NCBI GenBank assembly: GCA_944393695.1
Contig: CALYAY010000007.1
Span: forward strand, 14,266 to 78,265
DNA length: 64,000 nt
Source of the DNA: an uncultured Alphaproteobacteria bacterium
GTDB lineage: Bacteria; Pseudomonadota; Alphaproteobacteria; RF32; CAG-239
Direction: 5' to 3'
Below the pieces are notes generated by a model, which saw only the letters and a program-made list of their open reading frames with translations, was not told the DNA's origin and did no database searches. The position numbers and the translations under genes are program-made. Positions 42,601 to 50,859 of this stretch are shown one piece after another (positions within the stretch are counted from its first letter, which is position 1; each line of letters starts with the position of its first letter).

Positions 42601-45600
42601 CAGGGAACTGCAACCAACAATAAGAACATTACTATCAGCGCCGACGGCGGAATCGGCATGTTTGCGGACGGGGGCAATATCGTCAACGGCACAAACGGAA
42701 CGATTAACCTGACGGAAGGCAACAACAGCACTTATGCCATGTATGTCGAAAGCGGAACAGCCGACAACCAGGGGAAAATCAACCTGAGCAAGGCGGATGT
42801 GGTCGGTATTTTTGCCGAATCGGGAACGGCGGAAAATAACGGCACGATTAACCTGAGCGGGGATAATTCCGTGGCCATGCGCGGCCGCGGTGATGCCCAA
42901 CTGACCAATAATTCCGGACGGACCTATGAAGTGACTTATGACAATCTGGCCAATTTTTCTACTGAAAGCGGCATTATTATCAGCGGCAATAATTCCATCG
43001 GTATGGAAGCCGGCGGAAGCTCTACGGTTACCAATGCCCGCAACGGCGTGATTACGGTTAACGGGCCGAACTCCAAAGGTATGGTGGCGCTGGGGGTGAC
43101 GCTCGGACAAGAAACAACCTACGGAACCGCGACTAATCAGGGAATTATCCTGGTGAACGATGCTTCCTCGGAAGCAATGTATGCCGACGGCGGTATCATT
43201 GTTAACGATACGGACGGCATGATTTATACCAACGGTGATTATGCGATGAACGTTCATGCCGGAACAGGAACAAACAAAGGTTATATCCGCAACGACAACG
43301 GTAATTTTACGGCCATGTATGCGGAAGCCGGTGAGATTGACAACCAGGGGCGTATTACGCTGAACGGCGATAATTCCAAAGGTATGGTGGTTAACGGTTC
43401 GGCCACAGCCAGCAACTCGCTGAAAACCAGCCGGATTGAGGTTAACGGTTCAAACTCCATAGGTATGCAGGCAATTAAAGGAACTGCGACAAATAATGGT
43501 GTTATTGACGTTAACGCAGAGGATTCAACATCGGTCAACATGCAGGCCGACGGCGGTACAATTATCAATTCATCAACGGGAACACTTTCTTCCAGTGCAG
43601 TGGACGGCGTGGTTATGCTGGTTAACGAAGGCAGCGGCGACAACCAGGGAACTATCAATCTTGATACCCAGGGAATTACCGCCATGCGGGCGAAAAACGG
43701 CACGATTACCAACAGCAACGCCATTATTATCAACGGGCCGGGGGCTACGGGTATGGAAGCCATCAACGGCACGGCGCAAAACGACGGTACGATTACGGTG
43801 GGCAGCAACGGCAGTAAAGGTTATGCCATTGCGGTGAACGGCAATGGTTCGGCGACCAATAACGAGAAAATTGTGGTTGAGGCAACGGATGCTTATGCCA
43901 TGTACACCGACGGCGGAAAAATTACCAACGCCTCGGGAGCGACAATTACCACCAACGGCTCTTCGGCCATGTATGTGAAAAACGGACAGTTTGAAAACAA
44001 CGGGGATATCAGCAATTCCAACAATAACTTCCATGCCATTCATATTGAAAACGGCACGGGACTGAACGCCGGCAGCATTACTCTTACCGGTAACAGCGCA
44101 GCGGCGATTTATGCCCTGCAATCGGAAAATCTGGAATCTACCGGTGATATTAATATGTCCGGCAGCAGCGCTATCGGTATTTATCTTGGTTCCGGCACGC
44201 TGACTTCCAGCAGTGAGATTAACATGGGATCCGGCACGAACAACTATGGTATTCAGGGCGGAACATCGGTTGTCATCAAAAACAGCGGTAATATTAGCGG
44301 TGGCACAAGCAAAGACGATGAAAATCCTAGCATCGAAGGAACCGGCTTTATTGGTATTAATGTAGAACAGGGAAATGTTACAAACAGCGGTGCAACGATT
44401 GAATTGAGCGGAGACAACTCTATCGGTATCAATGTGGGCAGCGGCGGCGCCGACAACAGCGGAACGATTTCGGTTAAAGCCAACAGCGGCACCATCGGCA
44501 TGCAGACACAATCGGGCACGCTGAACAACCTGGACGGCGGAACGATTGATGTGGTCGGCACAGGTTCTCGCGGAATGTATGCTTCCGGCAGCGGAAGCCT
44601 GAGCAACAGAGGAACTATTAATACCTCTGGTGAAGGTACAATCGGTATGTTAAGCAACGGCGGCAATGTCGGAAACCATGCTTCCCTGACAGTCAGCGGT
44701 ATTAACGCTGTCGGTATGTCCGGGGTCGGCGGAACCCTGACCAATGGTGAAAGCGGTATTATTGATGTTGACGGTTCGAATGCCATCGGCATGCAGATTA
44801 CGAACGGTGGTAAGGCCATTAACAACGGCAGTTTGAACGTTCAGGGACAATTCGGCATGTATGCCGCCAGAGGCAGTACGATTACCAACGGCGGAACTAT
44901 TACTCTGGAAAACGGTACTGTCGCCATGCGGGCCGTTGATACATCTTGGGCTTATAATAACGGCACTATTATTCTGGTCGACGGCGGTTCGTGGGGAATT
45001 TGCGATACAGACGGACACTGCGTAAATAAAGGTAAGGTTATTGATCAAACGTCGACTTCGACATATTCTCGGTCGGCACGATCCTTGTCAATGGGAACCA
45101 TGAATTTATCTCAAGGCATGGCTGTCGGTCTGGGCGGAAATTATACAGCCTCAGCCATTAAAGGAGACCTGGCTGTTTACGGAGATGCCACGCTGGAAGG
45201 GAGCAAAACGCAATATACGCTGGCCAATGCGTTGACCGCTTCGGATATCAGCAAGCTGAACGTTCGGGGAACGGCATGGTTTAATCAGGTCAGCATTGAA
45301 GAAAGCAATGATGCGGTTGATACGGATGCAATCGTTGATGAACTGAACAAAGCTCAGGCAGCGGAAGAGAATGCCGAAGAAACGGCAGACAACAGCGGTA
45401 CGGTGGTTGTCGCGTCCGCCCAAACGGCAGCCCCTGCCCTGTTGAGCGCTGCTCCGGCAACAGCCGAAGAAGAAAACGAGACTCAAAAGACCGATACCGA
45501 AACTTCCGGACTTGACGACCTGAAGAATTACAACATTACGGTCAGCAAGGGTGATTTGAACGAAATTCTTGCCGATGAAGAAGGCATTGAAGACAAGTCG

Positions 45601-46617
45601 CTTTTGGATAAGCTGGATGCGGCTTATGAGGCCGGGGCGGAATCCGACGTCTTTGACGAGATGAAGTATGCCTATACCAACAGTCAGCTTAATCATACGA
45701 TTGTGAAAGAACTCGGACTTGACTTCTTCGGCAACTTCGCCAAGCAAAATCTTGACGTTATCCGCAGCGCCAGCCGGCAGATAAATTCCTCTCTGTTTAA
45801 CAACAAGGAAACCAAAGACGTGCGCCTGACCGCCGGATATGACTTCAGCGGACGCAAACAGGACAGCGATATTTATCAGACCGACTACGAAGACAAGGCT
45901 TATTCCATCTTCGGCATGCTGGATAAGAAGTTTAACGAGAAATTCCGTTACGGTATCGGCGTGCTGCTGACCAGATATGAGAGCGAATATGACGATTCAA
46001 TGTCCAAGCGCAACGAGTTTATGGTTCAGGTTCTGACGCCGCTCATTGCCCAGTTTGACAAGACCAAACTGATTTCAGTCCCGCGGCTGGGTATCGGTTT
46101 CGGCGATTATGATCGTGTGGGTTCGAGCCAGCTGTATGACGGCGATACAACCAATTACTATTACGGTATTACCAACGAACTGCGCCATAATATGGACTTT
46201 GGCTGGTTCGGACTGGAACCGACGCTGGAATTCAACGTTTTGGGTATGTATCAAGACCGGATTAAGGAGGACGGCGTGGTCGACATATCGTCCAGCAACA
46301 ACCTGTCAATTGAAGGCGGTGTCGGCCTGTATGCCACCAAGCTGTTTGAATTCGGAGAAGCTCACTCGCTCAAGCTGAGAGCCGGCGGTACTTACTATCA
46401 CGAATTCGGCGATCCGTACAGAGCGCAAAAAGCTCGTCTGGCCGGAACCGATGTCAGCTATCGGATTAACAGCTACAACGCCAGCCGCGGACGCGGTGTG
46501 GTCAGCCTCCGTGCCGATTACAAATATAATCAGTTTGATCTGTACGGTGAGTTTACCAAGTTTATTGAAGAAAACGGCGGTTATGCCATTAATGCCGGTA
46601 TGGGATACAGATTTTAG
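36655..46617 (+). CDS. giant autotransporter adhesin with N-terminal ankyrin-like and TM segment
   Basis: ORF 36601-46617 (likely ATG 36655). Signal peptide; more than 2500 aa of N.G.I....GM/YGI beta-helix repeats; C-terminal about 280-aa beta-barrel ending GMGYRF. Confidence 0.9.
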   Translation: MLKKYLIKTKKVIVFITIYAFLLAGMPARAYLPPLSNAQLYTLAVQGNVRALRAAVQRGLNIDSLDRYGNTALCHSIIKRNYTAYNTLRAAGANPHHPCIQNIANGNYDSFVASRRVVPATANSRQAYAYVGDDDTIWTTGMWATAGAVLLGGIIALVLSSSGGGSDDFVPYETTDYSLAGVVGTERPDYPQDYPYNPIILLEQNGNTIVNGYYPDYNLGGDAQEGWVISNDASIDVEGEDGSTVSTPLTDLIDFNKSALEYSDYIQVAMKATYGSTANNGYAYDDPMYDVDRHYLISLKDNTTALAAFKDSFANNYSQINIDAKNGTIGMIGSINSTVTNQTAGQINMTFRGDKDNHSVIGMYADTNSTAINEGVIYGQAQSSDSIAGTLTGMRGQLLNQENPRTSKTNVTNRGTIKLEASANNRDIKTSLVGMGSWLEDDFLNGAMYLSRAGFVYLDNLGSIILNVALTGENGTYSANSEDGTSALLQGTGGIVGMRADGNTIATNDGLIQINIEDEGKNTVTNNHAGMQSVHGGKIVNNNTIEINGGEGGYGMLAVRGEGNNPEFDAVAEDVSTVMINNGNIIVNSENSYAMKSYTGGSSTNTGTITFNVEGVAIEQNTGTIANRSDIIMNAGGIGLKMNQKGDIINDLYNTDNSLGTIYIDNTLSNNVSSGEEGDSGEGSGDTSGQKESIGIYLEDGTVLNKGTIEMVNTKGATGNISYGIKAEKGSITSTNSISISDTYDSYGIAVKEGSIENSGAVSLLNTRGTLDHLGYALKNDYGLINNSGALTIVNKDNAYGIASGSGIVNNTGKIDISSNTGTSTALAYGIQSGSGSVTSSNDISISNANDSYGIDVKAGNVGNSGAITLTNTNGSVDNSGYGINSAQGDVSNSGVITIANKKEAYAITAANGYVTNEADLILNGNAQVLATTGYGIKSSRGGVTNKGNVTITNTTDSYGVSADNGDLTNTGSIDMHNTSGALEGLGYGLKTGTGNISNNAQISISNKNQAYALFTDTGRVVNDGSLIIAGNTGASTDAYGIKSTSGLVENNGNITITDTKNSYGVATENGDITNTGIIDMHSSGNALEELGYGLLGGKSNIVNKAAINIRNKNNAYAISNTSGTITNDAALTINGNENSLSALGYGIKGGFGAITNTAGITITNTKDSYGVWTENGNITNSGSISLADSSGSIEGIGYGIRTGHGFVNNTANISIKNKNEAYAISDESGDVDNDGTLTINGNKGVSTNAYGIKVASGAIDNSAQITITDTKNSYGVSTDNGDITNSGIINMYSSDGSLEETGYGLKAGTPGNGTDAEGSSSTGGGNITNTGEITIKNKNNAYAIATAGGTVLNQAALTINGNAGALSAQAYGIQSANGAVTNEGAITITNTQDSYAVSADNGDITNTGTILLQNSTGAAEGIGYGLKTGNGNIKNDATITIENKTEAYGIASTTQGNIDSNAAINITNSTGAAAGIAYGIKGGTGYVNSNSTINITNANEGYGIAVDNGVVTSNADITLTNTQQAQNKTSYGIKAEKGSITNNANIYMNVTGDLTAETGNDSGSFGIWGNEANITNSANSEIVFSLRGNGMHTVSGSNDNYGSIHMQKGGTGMSTDSGNAINHDSGTITIDDTGVGMASGNGKATNDGQINITGTMSTGMESAKDAENNGTILITGYNSTGMSVVAENGSIVNNKDIIINTSHNGLQNYGMYGSTGVYSRMNNKGNITITGRQYPTTENVAYGMYLDEGEAQNNGIITLNDIFGYGMYLGTGGTLDNYGTIALNYGGVGMGANGAVSEGKETVAMINHTGGTITTNGQYSYGMYGQGTATAWNDGTLTIGGEDSYGIYTTDGSGTNTSTITMSDANSVGMHSVNADSINKSTGTITIQGENSVGMQTNNGGTTDTSLNGSVNEGTINLEDTATGSTGMTVVDGSGKVKNKGTINVGSTSSSGMLANGDGGTVDNSGDITVTGENSYGMQATQGTATNNKNITISADGGIGMFADGGNIVNGTNGTINLTEGNNSTYAMYVESGTADNQGKINLSKADVVGIFAESGTAENNGTINLSGDNSVAMRGRGDAQLTNNSGRTYEVTYDNLANFSTESGIIISGNNSIGMEAGGSSTVTNARNGVITVNGPNSKGMVALGVTLGQETTYGTATNQGIILVNDASSEAMYADGGIIVNDTDGMIYTNGDYAMNVHAGTGTNKGYIRNDNGNFTAMYAEAGEIDNQGRITLNGDNSKGMVVNGSATASNSLKTSRIEVNGSNSIGMQAIKGTATNNGVIDVNAEDSTSVNMQADGGTIINSSTGTLSSSAVDGVVMLVNEGSGDNQGTINLDTQGITAMRAKNGTITNSNAIIINGPGATGMEAINGTAQNDGTITVGSNGSKGYAIAVNGNGSATNNEKIVVEATDAYAMYTDGGKITNASGATITTNGSSAMYVKNGQFENNGDISNSNNNFHAIHIENGTGLNAGSITLTGNSAAAIYALQSENLESTGDINMSGSSAIGIYLGSGTLTSSSEINMGSGTNNYGIQGGTSVVIKNSGNISGGTSKDDENPSIEGTGFIGINVEQGNVTNSGATIELSGDNSIGINVGSGGADNSGTISVKANSGTIGMQTQSGTLNNLDGGTIDVVGTGSRGMYASGSGSLSNRGTINTSGEGTIGMLSNGGNVGNHASLTVSGINAVGMSGVGGTLTNGESGIIDVDGSNAIGMQITNGGKAINNGSLNVQGQFGMYAARGSTITNGGTITLENGTVAMRAVDTSWAYNNGTIILVDGGSWGICDTDGHCVNKGKVIDQTSTSTYSRSARSLSMGTMNLSQGMAVGLGGNYTASAIKGDLAVYGDATLEGSKTQYTLANALTASDISKLNVRGTAWFNQVSIEESNDAVDTDAIVDELNKAQAAEENAEETADNSGTVVVASAQTAAPALLSAAPATAEEENETQKTDTETSGLDDLKNYNITVSKGDLNEILADEEGIEDKSLLDKLDAAYEAGAESDVFDEMKYAYTNSQLNHTIVKELGLDFFGNFAKQNLDVIRSASRQINSSLFNNKETKDVRLTAGYDFSGRKQDSDIYQTDYEDKAYSIFGMLDKKFNEKFRYGIGVLLTRYESEYDDSMSKRNEFMVQVLTPLIAQFDKTKLISVPRLGIGFGDYDRVGSSQLYDGDTTNYYYGITNELRHNMDFGWFGLEPTLEFNVLGMYQDRIKEDGVVDISSSNNLSIEGGVGLYATKLFEFGEAHSLKLRAGGTYYHEFGDPYRAQKARLAGTDVSYRINSYNASRGRGVVSLRADYKYNQFDLYGEFTKFIEENGGYAINAGMGYRF

Positions 46618-47342
46618 TCCGGATAGTCGGTTCAATGGTTGCGCCGCATGCGTAAAAAAACGGTTTAGCTGAAAAGTTAAACCGGAGTATGACAGAGAAG
46701 AAAAGCTTGGAGAATAGCAAGGGAGAGAGCGGACTGGAAAGGGTTAAGGCCGATATTTGACCCCTCCGGCTCCCCTTTCTAAAGGGGAGAGGACAATAAG
46801 GAAGATCCCTTGACGTTCAGACTGGCGCTGAACGAGGGATGACAGTTTTATTTTGTTTGAATATGAAACCCTCCCCAGCCCCTCCCTGAGTTTTCAGGGA
46901 GGGAGGAGATAGAGGGGCCTGAGTTTTCAGGGAGGGGATATAAGGAAATTTTTTCACCCTCACCCGACACTTCGTGTCGACCTCTCCCCTCGGAGGGAGA
47001 GGTATAAACAAGTGACTTTGTTTGACCTGGATTCCCGTGCAAGCCGGGAATGACAGAGAGGCGAAATTAGAGTATGCCAGGAAGAGAGCAGACAGGGAAA
47101 GAGTAAGGCTGATATTTAACCCCTCCGGCTCCCCTTTCTAAAGGGGAGAGGGCAATAAGGAAGATCCCTTGACGTTCAGACTGGCGCTGAACGAGGGATG
47201 ACATAAAAAAGATGTCCGAGGATGACAGAAGAGGTTGGAGTATGACTGAGAGGAGAAAGAGGCCGGGAGGATGACAAAAGAGAAGAAATCGGAATATGAC
47301 AAGAGAGAAGGACAAGAAAAGAGGTCAAGGATGGCAGGGCGG
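46618..47342. repeat. Cluster D of palindromic elements with a 100-bp direct repeat
   Basis: 46745-46844 matches 47104-47203 at 97/100. Intact CACCCTCACCCGACACTTCGTGTCGACCTCTCCCCTCGGAGGGAGAGGT at 46955-47003; CTGGATTCCCGTGCAAGCCGGGAATGAC; tandem ..ATGAC half-units. Confidence 0.92.
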
Positions 47343-47888
47343 CTACCATTCAAGGACAAAATAATCGCAATTGTCAAAGCTGCGGCGAAGACCGAAGCGG
47401 TCATAATATATATTGAACATAATTCCGCCATGCATAACAACTATGGCCTTTTGAGCTCCGTGGCTTTTTATTTCATCAAAAGCTTTATACGCCCGGGATA
47501 AACTATCGCGAACGCTCTCTCCGCCGGGAATTCTGGCTTCCATAAACCCCGGGTTTTTAACATCATGAATCAAATCAAGCTGAGCTTTATATTTTTCCTG
47601 CATTTCGGAAATAAATATTCCTTCGGCTTTGCCATAGTGAATTTCCTCAAGTCCGGGAACGGGAACAACTTCTGCCTGATTAAAGGAAGCAACAATTTCA
47701 GCCGTTTCACGGGCACGCTTCATCCGGCTGCAATAGATGACAGGCAAATTAAGCAAAGACATGGTTTCCTTCAACCTCCCGGCCTGTTGTCTGCCGTTTT
47801 CAATTAAGGGCATATCAATCCCCGCCCCTTGCACGATATGTTTTACATTACCTTCCGTTTGTCCGTGGCGGCATATATATAAAAGCAT
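47343..47888 (-). CDS. histidine phosphatase / phosphoglycerate mutase family
   Basis: RHGQT, RARETA, LEEIHYG, PGGES and HGG motifs. Confidence 0.9.
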   Translation of the reverse strand: MLLYICRHGQTEGNVKHIVQGAGIDMPLIENGRQQAGRLKETMSLLNLPVIYCSRMKRARETAEIVASFNQAEVVPVPGLEEIHYGKAEGIFISEMQEKYKAQLDLIHDVKNPGFMEARIPGGESVRDSLSRAYKAFDEIKSHGAQKAIVVMHGGIMFNIYYDRFGLRRSFDNCDYFVLEW

Positions 47889-48088
47889 TGCAGTTCCTTT
47901 CTTTTGTCTTGCTGCCGGTAAGTATAAAAACTAAAGGTTAAATTTAAGTAATGAAAAAATAAGTTTGATAATAAATGGAAATATTTGTTGATGGGAAAAA
48001 AGAAAATATTAATTGTTTGTTTATCAATTTCAGTCATCATCTAAACTGATATAAAAGGGCTATTTTATTTAACGGAGTAAATATAAAA

Positions 48089-50707
48089 ATGGCAGATAAA
48101 AAGAAAGAAACTGCTCTGGAAATTGATGAGCAAAAACATATTGACGAGCTGGTTGAAAAAGTCAGCGCCGCGCAAAAGGTATTTGCGACCTATTCTCAGG
48201 AACAAGTCGACGAGATTTTCCGCCGGGTGGCTTTGAAGCTGAGTTCGCTGCGTATTCCCCTGGCCAAGATGGCCGTTGAGGAAACCGGTATGGGCGTGTG
48301 GGAAGACAAAGTGATTAAAAACCATTTTGCCGCGGAATATGTCTATAATAAATTCAAGCATACCAAGACCTGCGGAATTATTGACGAAGATCAGGCCGGC
48401 GGCATGATTAAGATTGCCGAACCGCTGGGAGTCATTGCGGGGGTTATTCCGACAACAAACCCGACTTCAACCGTTATTTTTAAGTCTTTAATTGCCCTGA
48501 AAACGCGTAACGGTATTATCTTTTCACCGCATCCGAGAGCAAAAAAATGTTCGGTTGAAACCGCACGACTGATTTTGGAAGAAGCGGTTAAGGCCGGTGC
48601 TCCGGAAAACATTATCGGCTGGATTGAAAATCCGACGATTAATATGACGCAGCTGTTGATGAGCCATCCGAAAGTTGACGTCATTCTGGCAACCGGCGGA
48701 CCGGGAATGGTTAAATCGGCTTATTCTTCCGGCAAACCGGCTTTGGGCGTGGGTGCCGGCAATGCTCCCGCGGTTATTGATGAAACTGCCGATATTCAGA
48801 CGGCTGTCAGCTCCATTTTGATGTCCAAAACTTTTGACAACGGCATGATCTGCGCTTCGGAACAGTCTATTGTCTGCGTTAAAGACGTTTATGACGAAGT
48901 TAAAGAAGAACTGGTTAAACGCGGGGCTTATATCCTTTCACCGAAAGAAAAAGAAAAACTTGGCAAAGTTATTATGATTGACGGCAAGCTGAATTCGGGA
49001 ATCGTCGGGCAGAAAGCAGCCCATATTGCCGAAATGGCAGGTTTGAACGTTCATCCGGACACGAAGGTTTTGATTGCCGAATGTAAGGAAGTGGGCAAGG
49101 TTGAGCCTTTTTCCGCCGAGAAACTTTCTCCGGTTCTGGCTTTGTATAAAGCGGATAATTTTGAAGCGGCAACGGCCAAAGCCAAAGAGCTGGTCTGCTT
49201 TGGCGGCGCGGGGCATACGTCTATTCTTTACACTGCCCAGCATAATGACGAGAGAATCAAGTATTTCGGCACCGAGCTGCATACCGGCCGTATTCTGATT
49301 AACTGTCCGTCGGCTCAAGGTGCTATCGGCGATATCTATAACTTCCGTCTGGAACCTTCCCTTACGCTGGGGTGCGGCTCCTGGGGCGGAAACTCTGTAA
49401 GCGAAAATGTGGGGGTAAAACATCTGATGAACATCAAATCTGTGGCCAAACGCGAAGAAAATATGCTGTGGTTTAAGGTTCCGAACAAGATTTATTTCAA
49501 ACCCGGTTCCCTGCCCGTGGCTTTGCGTGAGCTGGCCGGCAAGAAGCGTGCTTTTATCGTTACCGACAAGCCGATTTTTGATTTGGGCTTTACCAAATAT
49601 GTTACCGATGTTTTGGAAGAAATCGGCATTCAGTATCAGATTTTCAGCGATGTTAATCCGGATCCGGATTTGACGACGGTTAACCGGGCCAAACGCATGT
49701 TGGATACTTTTGCGCCGGATGTCATTATCGCTATGGGCGGCGGGTCGCCGATGGATGCCGCAAAAATTTTGTGGCTGATGTATGAGCATCCGGAACTCAA
49801 ATTTGAAGATTTGGCCATGCGCTTTATGGATATCCGCAAGAGAATCTTCGAATTCCCCGAATTGGGCAAAAAGGCCATGATGGTTGCCATTCCGACGACT
49901 TCGGGTACGGGTTCGGAGGTTACGCCGTTTTCGATTATTACGGACGACTCTACGGGTGTAAAATATGCTATTGCCGATTATGCCCTGACGCCGAACATGG
50001 CTATTGTCGATGCAAATCTGGTGTCGACCATGCCGAGAGGGCTTTGCGCCGCTTCGGGTATTGATGTGATGACGCACGCTCTGGAATCTTATGTTTCTTC
50101 CATGGCGACGGAATTTACCAGAGGCTTGTCAATCCAGGCCGGGCAGTTGATTATGCAGTATCTACCCAAATCTTATGCCGAGGCAGAACCTTATGCCCGG
50201 GAAAGAGTTCATCACGCGTCAACACTGGCCGGTATGGCGTTTGCCAATGCGTTTTTGGGCGTTTGCCACTCCATGGCCCACAAGCTGGGAGCTGCATTCC
50301 ATATTCCGCACGGTATTGCCAATGCCCTGCTGATTTGCCAGGTTATCCGTTATAACGCAACGGATAAGCCGGTTAAACAATGCGCTTTCCCGCAGTATAA
50401 GTTCCCGAATGCCAAAGCGGCTTATGCCTCGTTTGCCGAAGCTCTGGGGATTAAAGGCAAAGATGATGATGCCAAAGTGGACGGGCTGATTAAGGCTTTA
50501 CAGGATTTGAAAAAAACTTTGAATATTCCGGCATCTATCAAAGATTACGGCGTATCAAAGGAAGATTTTGACAAGGCTATGGAATATCTGCCGGTTTGGG
50601 CTTTTGATGATCAGTGCACGGGTTCCAACCCGCGTTATCCGCTGATTGAGGAAATCAAAAAGCTGTATTATCTGGCTTATGAGGGAAAAGTTGATTTTGA
50701 ACTCTGA
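48089..50707 (+). CDS. adhE: bifunctional acetaldehyde-CoA/alcohol dehydrogenase
   Basis: PTTNPTST, LATGGPG, FDNGMICASEQ, TLGCGSWGGNS, GGGSPMDAAK and HSMAHK motifs. Confidence 0.98.
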   Translation: MADKKKETALEIDEQKHIDELVEKVSAAQKVFATYSQEQVDEIFRRVALKLSSLRIPLAKMAVEETGMGVWEDKVIKNHFAAEYVYNKFKHTKTCGIIDEDQAGGMIKIAEPLGVIAGVIPTTNPTSTVIFKSLIALKTRNGIIFSPHPRAKKCSVETARLILEEAVKAGAPENIIGWIENPTINMTQLLMSHPKVDVILATGGPGMVKSAYSSGKPALGVGAGNAPAVIDETADIQTAVSSILMSKTFDNGMICASEQSIVCVKDVYDEVKEELVKRGAYILSPKEKEKLGKVIMIDGKLNSGIVGQKAAHIAEMAGLNVHPDTKVLIAECKEVGKVEPFSAEKLSPVLALYKADNFEAATAKAKELVCFGGAGHTSILYTAQHNDERIKYFGTELHTGRILINCPSAQGAIGDIYNFRLEPSLTLGCGSWGGNSVSENVGVKHLMNIKSVAKREENMLWFKVPNKIYFKPGSLPVALRELAGKKRAFIVTDKPIFDLGFTKYVTDVLEEIGIQYQIFSDVNPDPDLTTVNRAKRMLDTFAPDVIIAMGGGSPMDAAKILWLMYEHPELKFEDLAMRFMDIRKRIFEFPELGKKAMMVAIPTTSGTGSEVTPFSIITDDSTGVKYAIADYALTPNMAIVDANLVSTMPRGLCAASGIDVMTHALESYVSSMATEFTRGLSIQAGQLIMQYLPKSYAEAEPYARERVHHASTLAGMAFANAFLGVCHSMAHKLGAAFHIPHGIANALLICQVIRYNATDKPVKQCAFPQYKFPNAKAAYASFAEALGIKGKDDDAKVDGLIKALQDLKKTLNIPASIKDYGVSKEDFDKAMEYLPVWAFDDQCTGSNPRYPLIEEIKKLYYLAYEGKVDFEL

Positions 50708-50727
50708 GTTTTGATTAAGACCAAAGG

Positions 50728-50753
50728 CTCCGGCATTCCGCCGGAGTTTTTTT
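50728..50753 (+). terminator. intrinsic terminator of adhE
   Basis: CTCCGGC-loop-GCCGGAG followed by a T-run. Confidence 0.8.
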
Positions 50754-50786
50754 GTTTAAATTATGGTCTTTAGATTAAAATAGTGA

Positions 50787-50815
50787 TTTACAATGCGAAG
50801 TTTTTCTGTTATCAT
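50787..50815 (+). promoter_or_regulatory. sigma70-type promoter of P4 (TTTACA-17-TATCAT)
   Basis: Conserved among the five paralogs. Confidence 0.75.
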
Positions 50816-50859
50816 TAGATTCGTGGAGACAAATGTAATTTAACAAAAGAGGTGTTATT

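Noticed and set aside
43573-44511. Long antisense or alternative-frame ORFs (also 1767-2546, 10012-10803, 29517-30329, 48938-50077, 51716-52552, 61802-62653)
   Set aside because: Shadows of well-supported genes caused by codon bias; no recognisable motifs.
46618-47342. CRISPR array
   Set aside because: Repeats are short and degenerate, spacers are low-complexity and uneven, and no cas genes are present.
47940-48088. FNR or Rex operator upstream of adhE
   Set aside because: Only half-sites (TTGAT, ATCAA) with wrong spacing in very AT-rich DNA.
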